Of a DNA stretch of 64,000 bases, positions 21,396 through 30,685 are shown piece by piece. Under the pieces are notes generated by a model. It had not been told where the DNA came from and made no database searches. It was given only the letters and a program-made list of their open reading frames with translations. A program made the translations under genes and the position numbers. The first letter of the stretch is position 1, and each line of letters starts with the position of its first letter. Origin of the DNA: a virus; IMG/VR virus record IMGVR_UViG_3300028569_001145, positions 1 to 64,000 of that record. One strand, written 5' to 3'.

Positions 21396-22010
21396 ATGAA
21401 AAAAATTTTATTTGATATAGGGGCTAATAACGGTAATCAGTGGCTAAACGAACTAGCAGTAGATCAAGAAAATACGTTTGTTTTTATGTTCGAACCGACA
21501 CCCTACCTGTGCGGTGTAGTACTAGAAAAGTACAAGCATCTTAAAAACTGGATACTCGTAGAAAAAGCAGTGTCTAATTACAAAGGGACCAGTCAATTTA
21601 ATATAGCAGGGCACGCAGACTGGGGGTGTAGTTCTTTAATGAGTTTTAGGCAAGAGAGGGAACAAACATGGCCAAGCGATAGAATAGATTTAAACTTCAC
21701 AGATACTTTAGATGTAGAAGTTATAACACTTGCAGAATTCCTAAATGACAACCCTTGGGTAACTCATATAGACTATTTGCATATTGATGCTCAAGGATCA
21801 GACCTAAACGTATTAAAAGGTTTAGGAGATTTTATAGATATTGTAAAACAGGGGCAGATAGAAGCAGCATTTAACGCCCCTCTATATACCGATTCTCCTA
21901 CCCATACGGAGTGTATTGAATGGTTAGAGGCAAAAGGATTTACAGCAGAAGTACGTAATGCAAACCATGAATGCGATATCTACTTTAGTAATACAAGATT
22001 TTATAAATAA
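21396..22010 (+). CDS. FkbM-family methyltransferase
   Basis: FDIGANNG, FEP, LHIDAQGSD. Confidence 0.85.
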   Translation: MKKILFDIGANNGNQWLNELAVDQENTFVFMFEPTPYLCGVVLEKYKHLKNWILVEKAVSNYKGTSQFNIAGHADWGCSSLMSFRQEREQTWPSDRIDLNFTDTLDVEVITLAEFLNDNPWVTHIDYLHIDAQGSDLNVLKGLGDFIDIVKQGQIEAAFNAPLYTDSPTHTECIEWLEAKGFTAEVRNANHECDIYFSNTRFYK

Positions 22011-22012
22011 AG

Positions 22013-22465
22013 ATGTTATTAATATCACATAGAGGTAATATAGAGGGCCGGGTACCGGAATTGGAAAACAGTCCAAATTATGTAAGTCAAGCTGTATCCT
22101 TAGGGTATGATGTTGAGGTTGATTTATGGGTAGATAACAACCTCCTCTATCTAGGTCATGATAAACCTCAGTACCCGGTAAACGATCTATGGATAGCTGA
22201 GTTTTTTTATAGTTTATGGATACACTGCAAAAACCCGGAAGCTATAACCTACATGCAAGAAACCCACCCAGAGGTAAATTATTTTTGGCATGAAAAAGAT
22301 ACCTTAACGCTAACATCTAAAAATTACCTTTGGACCTACCCGGGTAAACAACCGGTTAAAAATAGCATAGCAGTAATGCCTGAACTGTATGGTGACGATA
22401 TATCTGAATGCTTAGGGCTATGTAGTGATTATGTTAAAAAATATAAAAATGAAAATAATTTATAG
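22013..22465 (+). CDS. PLC/GDPD-like phosphodiesterase fold protein
   Basis: ISHRGN, EN, VEVD, LGHD, WIHCKN. Confidence 0.75.
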   Translation: MLLISHRGNIEGRVPELENSPNYVSQAVSLGYDVEVDLWVDNNLLYLGHDKPQYPVNDLWIAEFFYSLWIHCKNPEAITYMQETHPEVNYFWHEKDTLTLTSKNYLWTYPGKQPVKNSIAVMPELYGDDISECLGLCSDYVKKYKNENNL

Positions 22466-23144
22466 AATATCGGACACAGGATACAGTAAAGTAAAACCAG
22501 CTTACATAAACAACGAAGCTTGTTTAAAAAATGCTATTAAAATATTTCCCTGGCAAGAACATGACTGGTCTATCATTGCTGATAATATTTCGGAAGAGAC
22601 TAATGATATGATTCAAAAATATATTCCTAGGGGCCATATTAATTATGTTTCTGTTGGACATGGTGCTGGTACTTTTAATCTAGCTTTGGATGAAGCACTA
22701 CAAGAACCAGATTGGCAGGTTGTTTATTTTTTAGAGAATGATTATCTACATAAAACAAACTCAGATAAAATTATTCTAGAAGGTTTGGAATTAGGGGCAT
22801 CGTTCGTATCTTTATACGACCATCCAGATAAGTACATACCCCCAAGTCAAGGAGGTAATCCATACTGTGAAGGAGGGGCGGAAGATACTCGAGTTTATTT
22901 AACAGAATCAACTCATTGGAAAATAACAAACTCAACAACAATGACATTTGCAAGCACAGTTTCAACCCTAGTAAGAACAGAAAAAACTCTCCGGAAGTAC
23001 ACTCAAGGAAGTTACCCGGAAGATTTTAAAATGTTCTTAGATTTAAGGGAACAAGGTGAGCTGTTAATAAGCTCGATCCCAGGATATTCAACTCATGGAG
23101 AGACGGCTTGGTTAACACCCTTAACAGATTGGAGTCAAATATGA
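22449..23144 (+). CDS. GT2-like glycosyltransferase
   Basis: YFLENDYLH, LYDHPD, STTMTF, STH. Confidence 0.7.
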   Translation: MKIIYRISDTGYSKVKPAYINNEACLKNAIKIFPWQEHDWSIIADNISEETNDMIQKYIPRGHINYVSVGHGAGTFNLALDEALQEPDWQVVYFLENDYLHKTNSDKIILEGLELGASFVSLYDHPDKYIPPSQGGNPYCEGGAEDTRVYLTESTHWKITNSTTMTFASTVSTLVRTEKTLRKYTQGSYPEDFKMFLDLREQGELLISSIPGYSTHGETAWLTPLTDWSQI

Positions 23145-23164
23145 TCTCAGTAATAATACCAACC
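23141..23164 (+). pseudogene. Truncated duplicate 5' end (MISVIIPT) of the GT2 at 23893
   Basis: ATGATCTCAGTAATAATACCAACC versus downstream MSISVIIPT; ATGA-coupled to the upstream gene. Confidence 0.8.
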
Positions 23165-23195
23165 CCGGGTCTATTTATAATAAACATAAAAAGGC

Positions 23196-23891
23196 ATGGA
23201 AAAAATAACAGGTATATACAAAATCACAAACCCGCAAGGAAAGATCTACATAGGGCAAAGCATTAACATAAACAGACGCTGGTATGCATATCAAAATTTA
23301 GAAAGAAAAAGCATGGGATTAAAATTGTACAACAGCTTAAATAAATACGGGCCGGAGAATCACATCTTTGAAATTATAAAAGTATGTGAAGTAGCAGAAC
23401 TGCGAGAGCAAGAAACCTACTATAAACAGCTTTATGATAGTGTTTTAACCGGGTTAAATACTAAACCAGTAGATGACCGGTATGGTCCTCATAGTCAAGC
23501 AACAAAGGAGTTAATCTCTAAAAAATGCAAAGATGTAGCAAAAAAAAGAATTTATACAAAGGAGTGGAAGGCTAATATGAAACAGAAAAAAACAGGGCAT
23601 CCTTGTTACAAATCAAAAGAACGGAGTCAAAAGATAGGAGCTGCACATAAAGGCAAAGTAATACCTCAGGAAGTAAAAGATAAAATATACACCGAATCTT
23701 GGCGAATTAAAAACAAGGAAGCACATAAACACCAAATGAAACAAGTAGCACAAATAGATAAAACAGGTAAAGTAGTTGCAGTATGGGAAAGCATCACAGA
23801 GGCAAAAGCTCAGACAGGTATAAAAGGTATAAGTAATGTATTAACCGGCTTAGCAAAAACTGCAGGAAGCTACACATGGAAGGTTATTTAA
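23196..23891 (+). CDS. GIY-YIG homing endonuclease with NUMOD3/NUMOD1-like domains
   Basis: GIYKIT...YIGQS...R; C-terminal WESITEA...KTAGSYTW. Confidence 0.9.
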   Translation: MEKITGIYKITNPQGKIYIGQSININRRWYAYQNLERKSMGLKLYNSLNKYGPENHIFEIIKVCEVAELREQETYYKQLYDSVLTGLNTKPVDDRYGPHSQATKELISKKCKDVAKKRIYTKEWKANMKQKKTGHPCYKSKERSQKIGAAHKGKVIPQEVKDKIYTESWRIKNKEAHKHQMKQVAQIDKTGKVVAVWESITEAKAQTGIKGISNVLTGLAKTAGSYTWKVI

Positions 23892-23892
23892 T

Positions 23893-24669
23893 ATGAGCAT
23901 AAGTGTAATCATACCTACATACAAAGAGCCTGAAGTGCTTGATGTTTGTCTAAAATCAGCCATCACCGGTCAGAAGTTAAATAACCAGATTATAGTAGTG
24001 GTTGATGGGTTCTACGAGGTTAATAGAGAGGTTCTTGAGAAATATAAAGACTCTATACAGATCTTAGTTTTGGAAGAGAATGCCGGGCTTTGTCGGGCAA
24101 CTAACTTAGGAGTCTATAATGCTGAGTTTGATAAGGTTCTAATTGTAAATGATGATAATGTATTCCCAGAGGCATGGGATCAAGTATTACTTGAGCAGTA
24201 TAAACCAGGAAGTGTATTAGCACCTAACCAAATAGAACCCACCCCTTCTATGTTCAGACAATTTCACATTAGAGATTTAGGTAGAGATCCTAAGACGTTT
24301 AACATAAACGATTTTTGGGAATATGATTTTAGTATTGCTGAAGATAAGACAGACGAGACTGGATCAACATTACCAATCTTCATGTCTAAAAAAGACTACT
24401 TGAGGGTAGGAGGTTGGGATGAATCTTACCCCGGTGCTTGGGTAGTAGATTGGGACTTCTTTCTTAAATGTGAATTATCAGGAATGAAGATGCTTAGAAC
24501 TTATGCTTGTCACTTCTATCATTTCGTTTCAGTAGGCACAGAAGCTACTCCGGAAGAAAAACAAAACAAAGCAATTAAAGAACAAGCATGTCATGAATAT
24601 TTTAGATACAAATGGGGGCAGTATGCTCAACATAACACTGCCAATAATTCAAAATTAATCAATTTATAA
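23893..24669 (+). CDS. GT2 glycosyltransferase
   Basis: SVIIPTY, VVVDG, NLG, VNDD, VGGWDE. Confidence 0.9.
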   Translation: MSISVIIPTYKEPEVLDVCLKSAITGQKLNNQIIVVVDGFYEVNREVLEKYKDSIQILVLEENAGLCRATNLGVYNAEFDKVLIVNDDNVFPEAWDQVLLEQYKPGSVLAPNQIEPTPSMFRQFHIRDLGRDPKTFNINDFWEYDFSIAEDKTDETGSTLPIFMSKKDYLRVGGWDESYPGAWVVDWDFFLKCELSGMKMLRTYACHFYHFVSVGTEATPEEKQNKAIKEQACHEYFRYKWGQYAQHNTANNSKLINL

Positions 24670-24671
24670 TA

Positions 24672-24989
24672 ATGGAGAAGCTTACAGGTCCAATCTACTT
24701 AGAACTTGTCTTCGATGAAGATGAAGATCTAAAACCAGCTTTAGAGCGTATATTAAAATCATCGGACTTTAGCGGTGTAATTAAAACAGAGGTTTACCCT
24801 AGACTGGAGTATGCTATTGAGCAGAACAAAAAAGAGTTTACCCTTTTCAGATTAACTTATTACGGAGCAGATTTAGTGTTAGAGAAAAAGTACTATAAGG
24901 ATTTGCTGAATAAAGTACTGTCTTTATATGAGACAGAAGAGGATTATTTAAAATGTATCGAAATTAAAAAACTAATAGATATTTTATGA
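24672..24989 (+). CDS. Hypothetical protein with a UVR-like C-terminal motif
   Basis: EEDYLKCIEIKK. Confidence 0.65.
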   Translation: MEKLTGPIYLELVFDEDEDLKPALERILKSSDFSGVIKTEVYPRLEYAIEQNKKEFTLFRLTYYGADLVLEKKYYKDLLNKVLSLYETEEDYLKCIEIKKLIDIL

Positions 24990-25165
24990 TTTTTGGATTT
25001 TATAGAAAAAATGACAGCAGTAGGGAGATAGTAAAATCAGGAGAGTTTGCTGAGTTAAATCAAGCATTAGATTTTTTCTCTGCTATGAAAGGACTAACAC
25101 CAGAAGCTTTTCTGGAGTTGTTTGTAATAATACCGGTTAAAAGAAGACAGGATGGAAGATTTTAA
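24986..25165 (+). CDS. Small hypothetical protein (59 aa, below the ORF-track cutoff)
   Basis: ATGA overlap with the upstream gene; fills the gap to 25152. Confidence 0.55.
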   Translation: MIFGFYRKNDSSREIVKSGEFAELNQALDFFSAMKGLTPEAFLELFVIIPVKRRQDGRF

Positions 25166-25550
25166 TATCATAAAACAGACTTTGGAACAGGTCCTTAAGG
25201 TTAAATTTAAGGTAGTTGAGGCTAGAGAAGAGGAAATTTTCGATGAAGAGAAGATTTTATTTATAAAACTAATTAATCATTTAGAGAGACTAGAAAATCA
25301 CGAACATAAACTCTTTGAAGATTTTAAAATAGACTTATCTACTATTACGGAACCTTATTGGGACCTAATTGCTGAATGTTTAAATTTTTCTTTTGACCAG
25401 GATGTACAGGAATTAATTTGGTGGTACATCCGGGATAGGAAAAATGCAGCAGGTACCGTACTTGCCTGGGAGGATGAAACCGGTACTGAGTATAAGTTTA
25501 ATACGCCGGGAGACTTGTACGAATATATTATATTCAAGTTTGATCGTTGA
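25152..25550 (+). CDS. Hypothetical protein
   Basis: 132-aa ORF within the operon. Confidence 0.7.
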   Translation: MEDFNIIKQTLEQVLKVKFKVVEAREEEIFDEEKILFIKLINHLERLENHEHKLFEDFKIDLSTITEPYWDLIAECLNFSFDQDVQELIWWYIRDRKNAAGTVLAWEDETGTEYKFNTPGDLYEYIIFKFDR

Positions 25551-25590
25551 GAATATTTTCGTATATTTAGGCATCAAAATAATTATAGTT

Positions 25591-25842
25591 ATGACAAAAC
25601 TTTGTAACAAATGTAGAGAAGAGATCCCAGCTGGACGCCTGAAGGCATTACCTGGGGCGACAACCTGTGTAGCTTGTTCATCCTCCAAAATGAAGAGAGC
25701 AGTTACCATTACAGCAGGAGCAGGAGAAGATACATACAATGATATTATCATTATAGAAGCTGATGACTTCGAAAAAGCTTTTAGTAAACAAATCAGGAAT
25801 ACATCTCCCTTCCAGGATGATATGGATACTGATCAGGCGTAA
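25591..25842 (+). CDS. DksA/TraR-type C4 zinc-finger protein
   Basis: CNKC.EEIP..RLKALP.ATTCVAC; ATG follows the promoter at ~25558. Confidence 0.8.
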   Translation: MTKLCNKCREEIPAGRLKALPGATTCVACSSSKMKRAVTITAGAGEDTYNDIIIIEADDFEKAFSKQIRNTSPFQDDMDTDQA

Positions 25843-25847
25843 GTGTA

Positions 25848-26477
25848 ATGAGTAAACCGAAACCATTGTCAAAAGAAATGATAGTAGCGGCTATGGCCCG
25901 GACTCAATCAAACCGGGCTGCTGCTAGATACTTATCAGTTTCCTTTGTACATTATAAGAAGTGGGCTAGGTTATACAAAGACGAATCTTCAGGATTATCC
26001 TTATGGGAGAAGCATAAGAATCAAGCAGGTACCGGTATACCCAAGTTTCTAACCGGTAAGACTAATGAACCTGCTTTAATTGATATTATCGAAGGTAGAG
26101 CTACTCCGGCATCCTTTACTCCGGAAAAAGTAAAGAATAGGTTTATTATAGAAGGGTATCTAGCCGAAGAATGTACTAGATGTAAATTAGCAGACAGGAG
26201 GGTTGTCGATTATAAAATGCCCTTGCTGTTGCATTTTAAAGATAGAAATAAAAAGAATTACCGCCTAGAGAATTTAGAGCTTTTATGTTATAATTGCTAC
26301 TTTTACACAGTAGGGGATGTGTTCGAAAATAAACAAATCCAGGGAATGGAGGATCATGTTACTATTTATAAACAAGAAGAACCGGATTGGCAGTTAGATG
26401 AATACCATCTAGAACGGTTACGTGAACTGGGATTAACTGATGAAGAAGATCCTGATGAATTTATTAGTAGAATATGA
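25848..26477 (+). CDS. HTH plus HNH-like Zn-binding protein
   Basis: N-terminal HTH; CTRC...LH.KD....N..LENLELLCYNC. Confidence 0.65.
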   Translation: MSKPKPLSKEMIVAAMARTQSNRAAARYLSVSFVHYKKWARLYKDESSGLSLWEKHKNQAGTGIPKFLTGKTNEPALIDIIEGRATPASFTPEKVKNRFIIEGYLAEECTRCKLADRRVVDYKMPLLLHFKDRNKKNYRLENLELLCYNCYFYTVGDVFENKQIQGMEDHVTIYKQEEPDWQLDEYHLERLRELGLTDEEDPDEFISRI

Positions 26478-26679
26478 AAAATAAAAAACACGACAAGGTA
26501 GTAGACAACAAGGAAAAGGAGAAGCGCAAAACTTTAGATAGACTTGCTACTCAAATCTTAAAACAAGACGAACATAACCAGAAGATGAAAGGATATGTTC
26601 TTAAAAAAAACCCATTAGATTTATTTTGAAGTTGCTTATTAAAGAGCAAGTTCGTATATTTAGCTTAAATTAAGAAGTT

Positions 26680-27177
26680 ATGCTATACAAATTAAACAAA
26701 AATCTAGAATTAAAAAAAGCACCTTGGTTCTATAAACTATCCAAGTTATCATTTGTATTTAATCTTGGCCTTGTATTAGTTTTTATCTACGGATCATTCA
26801 CACCAGTAAGAATAACTAAATACATAACCAAGTATGATACAATAACTGTACCTGAGGATATAAAATTAAACGATCAGGAGCTGGTTAAGGAATTAGTTAA
26901 GAATGATGTGATGCAAATCAATGTTGCTCTAGCTCAAGCAAAATTAGAAACAGGCTATTATAAGTCCAAAGTATGTAGAGAAAATAAGAACTTGTTTGGT
27001 ATCAAATATCATAAATGTAAGTATGTAAAAAGCAACTTAAACAACCATGCCTCTTACCATACCTACAAAGATAATATTAAATGCTATGCCCACGTACAAA
27101 AAAGATACCTTCAGAACATAGATGGTAAGTATGCAGAGGCACCAGACTACATTCAGACTTTGAAAAAAATGAAATAA
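26680..27177 (+). CDS. Glucosaminidase (GH73-like) peptidoglycan hydrolase with N-terminal TM segment
   Basis: AQAKLETG, NLFGIK, YAEAPDY; hydrophobic residues ~25-40. Confidence 0.8.
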   Translation: MLYKLNKNLELKKAPWFYKLSKLSFVFNLGLVLVFIYGSFTPVRITKYITKYDTITVPEDIKLNDQELVKELVKNDVMQINVALAQAKLETGYYKSKVCRENKNLFGIKYHKCKYVKSNLNNHASYHTYKDNIKCYAHVQKRYLQNIDGKYAEAPDYIQTLKKMK

Positions 27178-27453
27178 AATTATATGAGCAAGACAAGTAA
27201 CAATTTAAAGTTAGCAGTTTTAAAAATCTGGTTAGAAGATTTAAAGAAAAAGCAGAAGCCTAAGAGAAAAACTTACTATGCCGAAGAAGAAACAGCAGAG
27301 TAAGAGAAAAATTTCTGAGACTATTCCTAACATGTTTGATAATTTAGAGGAAAGTTTTTTTAGTAGACCTTGCCTTATATTATCCAGATCAACTAAAAAT
27401 TATGTGCATGTTAAGTAGCTTAGATGTTCAAATGATTAAAGAAGGAAAAAGTT

Positions 27454-27660
27454 ATGACATTGAAGGAAAAATATAAACTAGGTAGAAAGTACCTAAAAGA
27501 AGGTAAATCAGAATTAGCAGACAGAATGTTTGATTTATGTATTGTACATTTATCAAAAGCAACTATTAACGGAGAGGAAGTTATAGACGGCGTCTCTTTA
27601 GATAGATGGAAGATAAGAGTTTGGACTCAAATAGAAAAAGCTGGCTTCCTTCCAGATTAA
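27454..27660 (+). CDS. Hypothetical protein
   Basis: 68-aa ORF. Confidence 0.55.
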   Translation: MTLKEKYKLGRKYLKEGKSELADRMFDLCIVHLSKATINGEEVIDGVSLDRWKIRVWTQIEKAGFLPD

Positions 27661-27675
27661 TTCGTATATTTAGGC

Positions 27676-28002
27676 ATGAGTGAAAAAAGAGGCTTTACTG
27701 GCAAACTAAAGTATGATTTTAATACCGCTTGGGTATGTGAAATTCTAATGAACGACAAATGGTTCCGTGTTATTGAAAGGGATTTTAGATCCTTCAACGG
27801 ACCTAGAAGACTAACTAAACCTAACGCACCTGTTTTAGGTAACGTTCATGTAGGTAGTGAGACTTTTGACTATGAAGGTCCTTACTACTATTGGAATACT
27901 AATCAGCAGTATAATCCTAAAGATCATGTAGAGGGCAAGGTTATTCAGTTAGCAGACATGCAGAAGCTAAAAGCAGAAAGAACCTCAGTAGCTGGTTTAT
28001 AA
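27676..28002 (+). CDS. Hypothetical protein (probably leaderless)
   Basis: TTCGTATATTTAGGC immediately before the ATG. Confidence 0.7.
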   Translation: MSEKRGFTGKLKYDFNTAWVCEILMNDKWFRVIERDFRSFNGPRRLTKPNAPVLGNVHVGSETFDYEGPYYYWNTNQQYNPKDHVEGKVIQLADMQKLKAERTSVAGL

Positions 28003-28037
28003 GTTGCCTCTTTTAAAAAAAGTTATTATATTAAAGT

Positions 28038-28712
28038 ATGGATCAAAAAATATTTTCAGACGGTCTTGAGCTTGCAGACATGGGTTTTGCAAACGGCAAG
28101 GCACCCGGTTATCCATTCACCGAAAAAGAGAAATGGAGCATGGTTGACAGAGCAGAAGAAGCTTACGGTTTATTCCTAGATGCCTTAGGGTGTGATTGGA
28201 GAAACGATCCTAATTCCTCCGATACGCCTAGACGAGTGGCTAAGGCTTATGTCTTTGATTTATGGAAAGGTCGTTATGATCTAATGGACGATGTTACAGC
28301 ATTCCCTTCTGATGGGTATGACGGACTAGTTCAAGAAAGTAATATACCATTAACCTCTATGTGTTCACATCACCACCAGACCATTCAAGGTACTGTTAGC
28401 ATAGCTTATGTTCCTGGTAAAGAGGGTAAGGTAGTTGGTCTTTCTAAGCTGAATCGTATAGTTGAGTATTTTGGCCGCAGAGGTTCTATCCAAGAACAGC
28501 TTACTGTTGCTATTCATAATGCAGTACATAAAATCTGCGAAGGTAATCAAGGAGTGGCTGTAATGGTAAGTGCAACACATAATTGCGTATCTTGTAGAGG
28601 AGTAAAGCATAGCGGAGCTTCTATGCAGACAGCTAAGCTTTCTGGATGCTTCCTATCAGAAGATTCAGCAAGAGCAGAATTTTACAAAAATATTGAGATT
28701 TCAAATAAATGA
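28038..28712 (+). CDS. folE: GTP cyclohydrolase I
   Basis: TPRRVAK, SMCSHH, GLSKLNR, QEQLT, HNCVSCRGV. Confidence 0.95.
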   Translation: MDQKIFSDGLELADMGFANGKAPGYPFTEKEKWSMVDRAEEAYGLFLDALGCDWRNDPNSSDTPRRVAKAYVFDLWKGRYDLMDDVTAFPSDGYDGLVQESNIPLTSMCSHHHQTIQGTVSIAYVPGKEGKVVGLSKLNRIVEYFGRRGSIQEQLTVAIHNAVHKICEGNQGVAVMVSATHNCVSCRGVKHSGASMQTAKLSGCFLSEDSARAEFYKNIEISNK

Positions 28713-29500
28713 TTAAGATAGCCCATGAGTCTCCGACTGAATTGTTTTTTTACGTTCAGTCGAAGACTGATTATGATTATTGCCTTGTACACCTTTTAGA
28801 AGAAGATGAAACCTATAAGCATCTATTTACACAAGCCTGTAAGGAACGGGAGGTTATTCTAGATAATTCAATCTTTGAATTAGGAGAGGCTTTTGATATG
28901 AAAAGATTCTTTGAATGGAACAACCAACTTGAACCTACCTGGTATATTATTCCAGATGCTTTAGAGGATGCAAAGAAAACAATCTACAATGCTTATGTAT
29001 GGAACCAGTTCCACAGGTCAACAGCTAAGGGTAAAAGCATTGCAGTAGTACAAGGAAAAACCTACGACGAGATTGTTGAATGCTACCAGACTTTAGATGA
29101 AAAACTAGATGTGGATATGATTGCAATCTCATTTGACTATTCTTTCTATGAGAAGTTAGTTCCTAATCCCAACAAGCTTGTTAGCTGGATGTTAGGCAGG
29201 GTTGCTTTACTAGGTATGTTAGAAAGGGATGGTATAATCAATAAAAAGAAACCGCACCATTTACTAGGATGTGCTCTACCTCAGGAGGGACTCTTCTATA
29301 AAGGTTATGATTGGATCTATTCAATGGATACTTCAAACCCGGTAGTGCATGCAATTAAAGAAGTGATGTACCCTTCACGCGGTTTGTTTACAAAAGAGTC
29401 GCAGAAACTCTATGAATTAATAAGCTACCCTGCCTCTAAAATTGACAAAGGAGTATTGCATTGGAATATTACAACCTTTAAAGAGTGGTGGCAGGGATGA
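28709..29500 (+). CDS. tRNA-guanine transglycosylase-like protein, probable DNA 7-deazaguanine insertase (DpdA-like)
   Basis: ILDNS, IIPD, AVVQG, HHLLG, SMDTS motifs; lies between folE and queF. Confidence 0.7.
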   Translation: MIKIAHESPTELFFYVQSKTDYDYCLVHLLEEDETYKHLFTQACKEREVILDNSIFELGEAFDMKRFFEWNNQLEPTWYIIPDALEDAKKTIYNAYVWNQFHRSTAKGKSIAVVQGKTYDEIVECYQTLDEKLDVDMIAISFDYSFYEKLVPNPNKLVSWMLGRVALLGMLERDGIINKKKPHHLLGCALPQEGLFYKGYDWIYSMDTSNPVVHAIKEVMYPSRGLFTKESQKLYELISYPASKIDKGVLHWNITTFKEWWQG

Positions 29501-29548
29501 TCTGGCTAGTTCCTTTTTCTGTTCTTATATTCAAATATATTTATTAAT

Positions 29549-29812
29549 ATGGATAACTTCGATTTAAGAAAGTATTTAGCTGAACAAAAAAATATTCAAG
29601 AATTAGAAAAAGGGTCTAAGGAATTTGATATAGCTAAAACTTTAAAACTTATGTACGATATTGGGACAGAGCATATTAAAAGCCCTCAAGCAGCTTTAGT
29701 TTTTGTAGATGCATATAGAGCTATCAACCAGAAACTTCAGGATATAGAAGATGAAAGAAGAGTAGATGTTGCTGAACCACCGTCGTGGGCTCCTAGAGCA
29801 ATAGCAGAGTAA
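29549..29812 (+). CDS. Small late protein (MDNFDLRKYL N-terminus)
   Basis: TATTTAT promoter ~10 nt upstream. Confidence 0.65.
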   Translation: MDNFDLRKYLAEQKNIQELEKGSKEFDIAKTLKLMYDIGTEHIKSPQAALVFVDAYRAINQKLQDIEDERRVDVAEPPSWAPRAIAE

Positions 29813-29860
29813 TAAACATTCTCGGAACCGGTTTGGGAAAGAACAGACTATTTATAATAG

Positions 29861-30646
29861 ATGTTAGTCTATAAAATAGTTGATTTACAAACGGGAAACG
29901 GGTATGTAGGAAAAACAACAAAAACTGTGGAGGAAAGGTTTAAGGAACACTTAAAACTATTGCATCTAAAGAGGCACCATAATCCATGGCTGCAAAACAT
30001 ATATAATAAAGATCCGAACCGGATTAGCACTATTGAAGTATTGGAGGATGGTATATCTTGTTTAGAGTTTTTAAATGAACGAGAATGTTACTGGATAGAA
30101 CAACAAGGTTCTTTCAATATAGCTAGAGGAGGAACTGGCGGAGATACTTTATCAAAACATCCAGATAAGAAACGTATTATGAAAGCGAGGTTAGAAAAGT
30201 ACCCAATGAAAAAAGGAAAAGATAATCCGACATACATACATTTAACAAAAGAGCAGGAAGAGTTATTAGAAGAGGTGTGGAATAACTTAGAGATACAAGC
30301 TATAAAATTCCTTGCCGAAAAAACAAATATTTCAAGGCATAAGTGTAAACAGTACTTGCTTGAAAAAGGATATACAATACCTAATAGGCACGAAGTACAA
30401 AAGAAAATGTTTAAAAAAGGCCTTATAAAAGGGTCTCGGGACCCTAATCTTACAGATGAGCAAATAGAGTACGTAAAAAAAGCTTACGTCGAAGACTGGA
30501 AGTCCTGTAAACAAATAGGTGTAGAATTAGGCTTCAAAGGTGAAGAAACAGCTCTAAGGATTATTAAAGAAGCAGGTCTGTTAAGGAGTACCGGAGAGTG
30601 GACTACTTATAAGAATTTGAACAGAGGCAAGAAAAAAGAAGTATAA
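29861..30646 (+). CDS. GIY-YIG homing endonuclease
   Basis: VYKI...YVGKT...RF..H, E..WI, NIARGGTGGD; HTH-like C-terminus. Confidence 0.85.
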   Translation: MLVYKIVDLQTGNGYVGKTTKTVEERFKEHLKLLHLKRHHNPWLQNIYNKDPNRISTIEVLEDGISCLEFLNERECYWIEQQGSFNIARGGTGGDTLSKHPDKKRIMKARLEKYPMKKGKDNPTYIHLTKEQEELLEEVWNNLEIQAIKFLAEKTNISRHKCKQYLLEKGYTIPNRHEVQKKMFKKGLIKGSRDPNLTDEQIEYVKKAYVEDWKSCKQIGVELGFKGEETALRIIKEAGLLRSTGEWTTYKNLNRGKKKEV

Positions 30647-30685
30647 GTTGCATTTACACACATAAGTTCTTATAATAATATCAAT

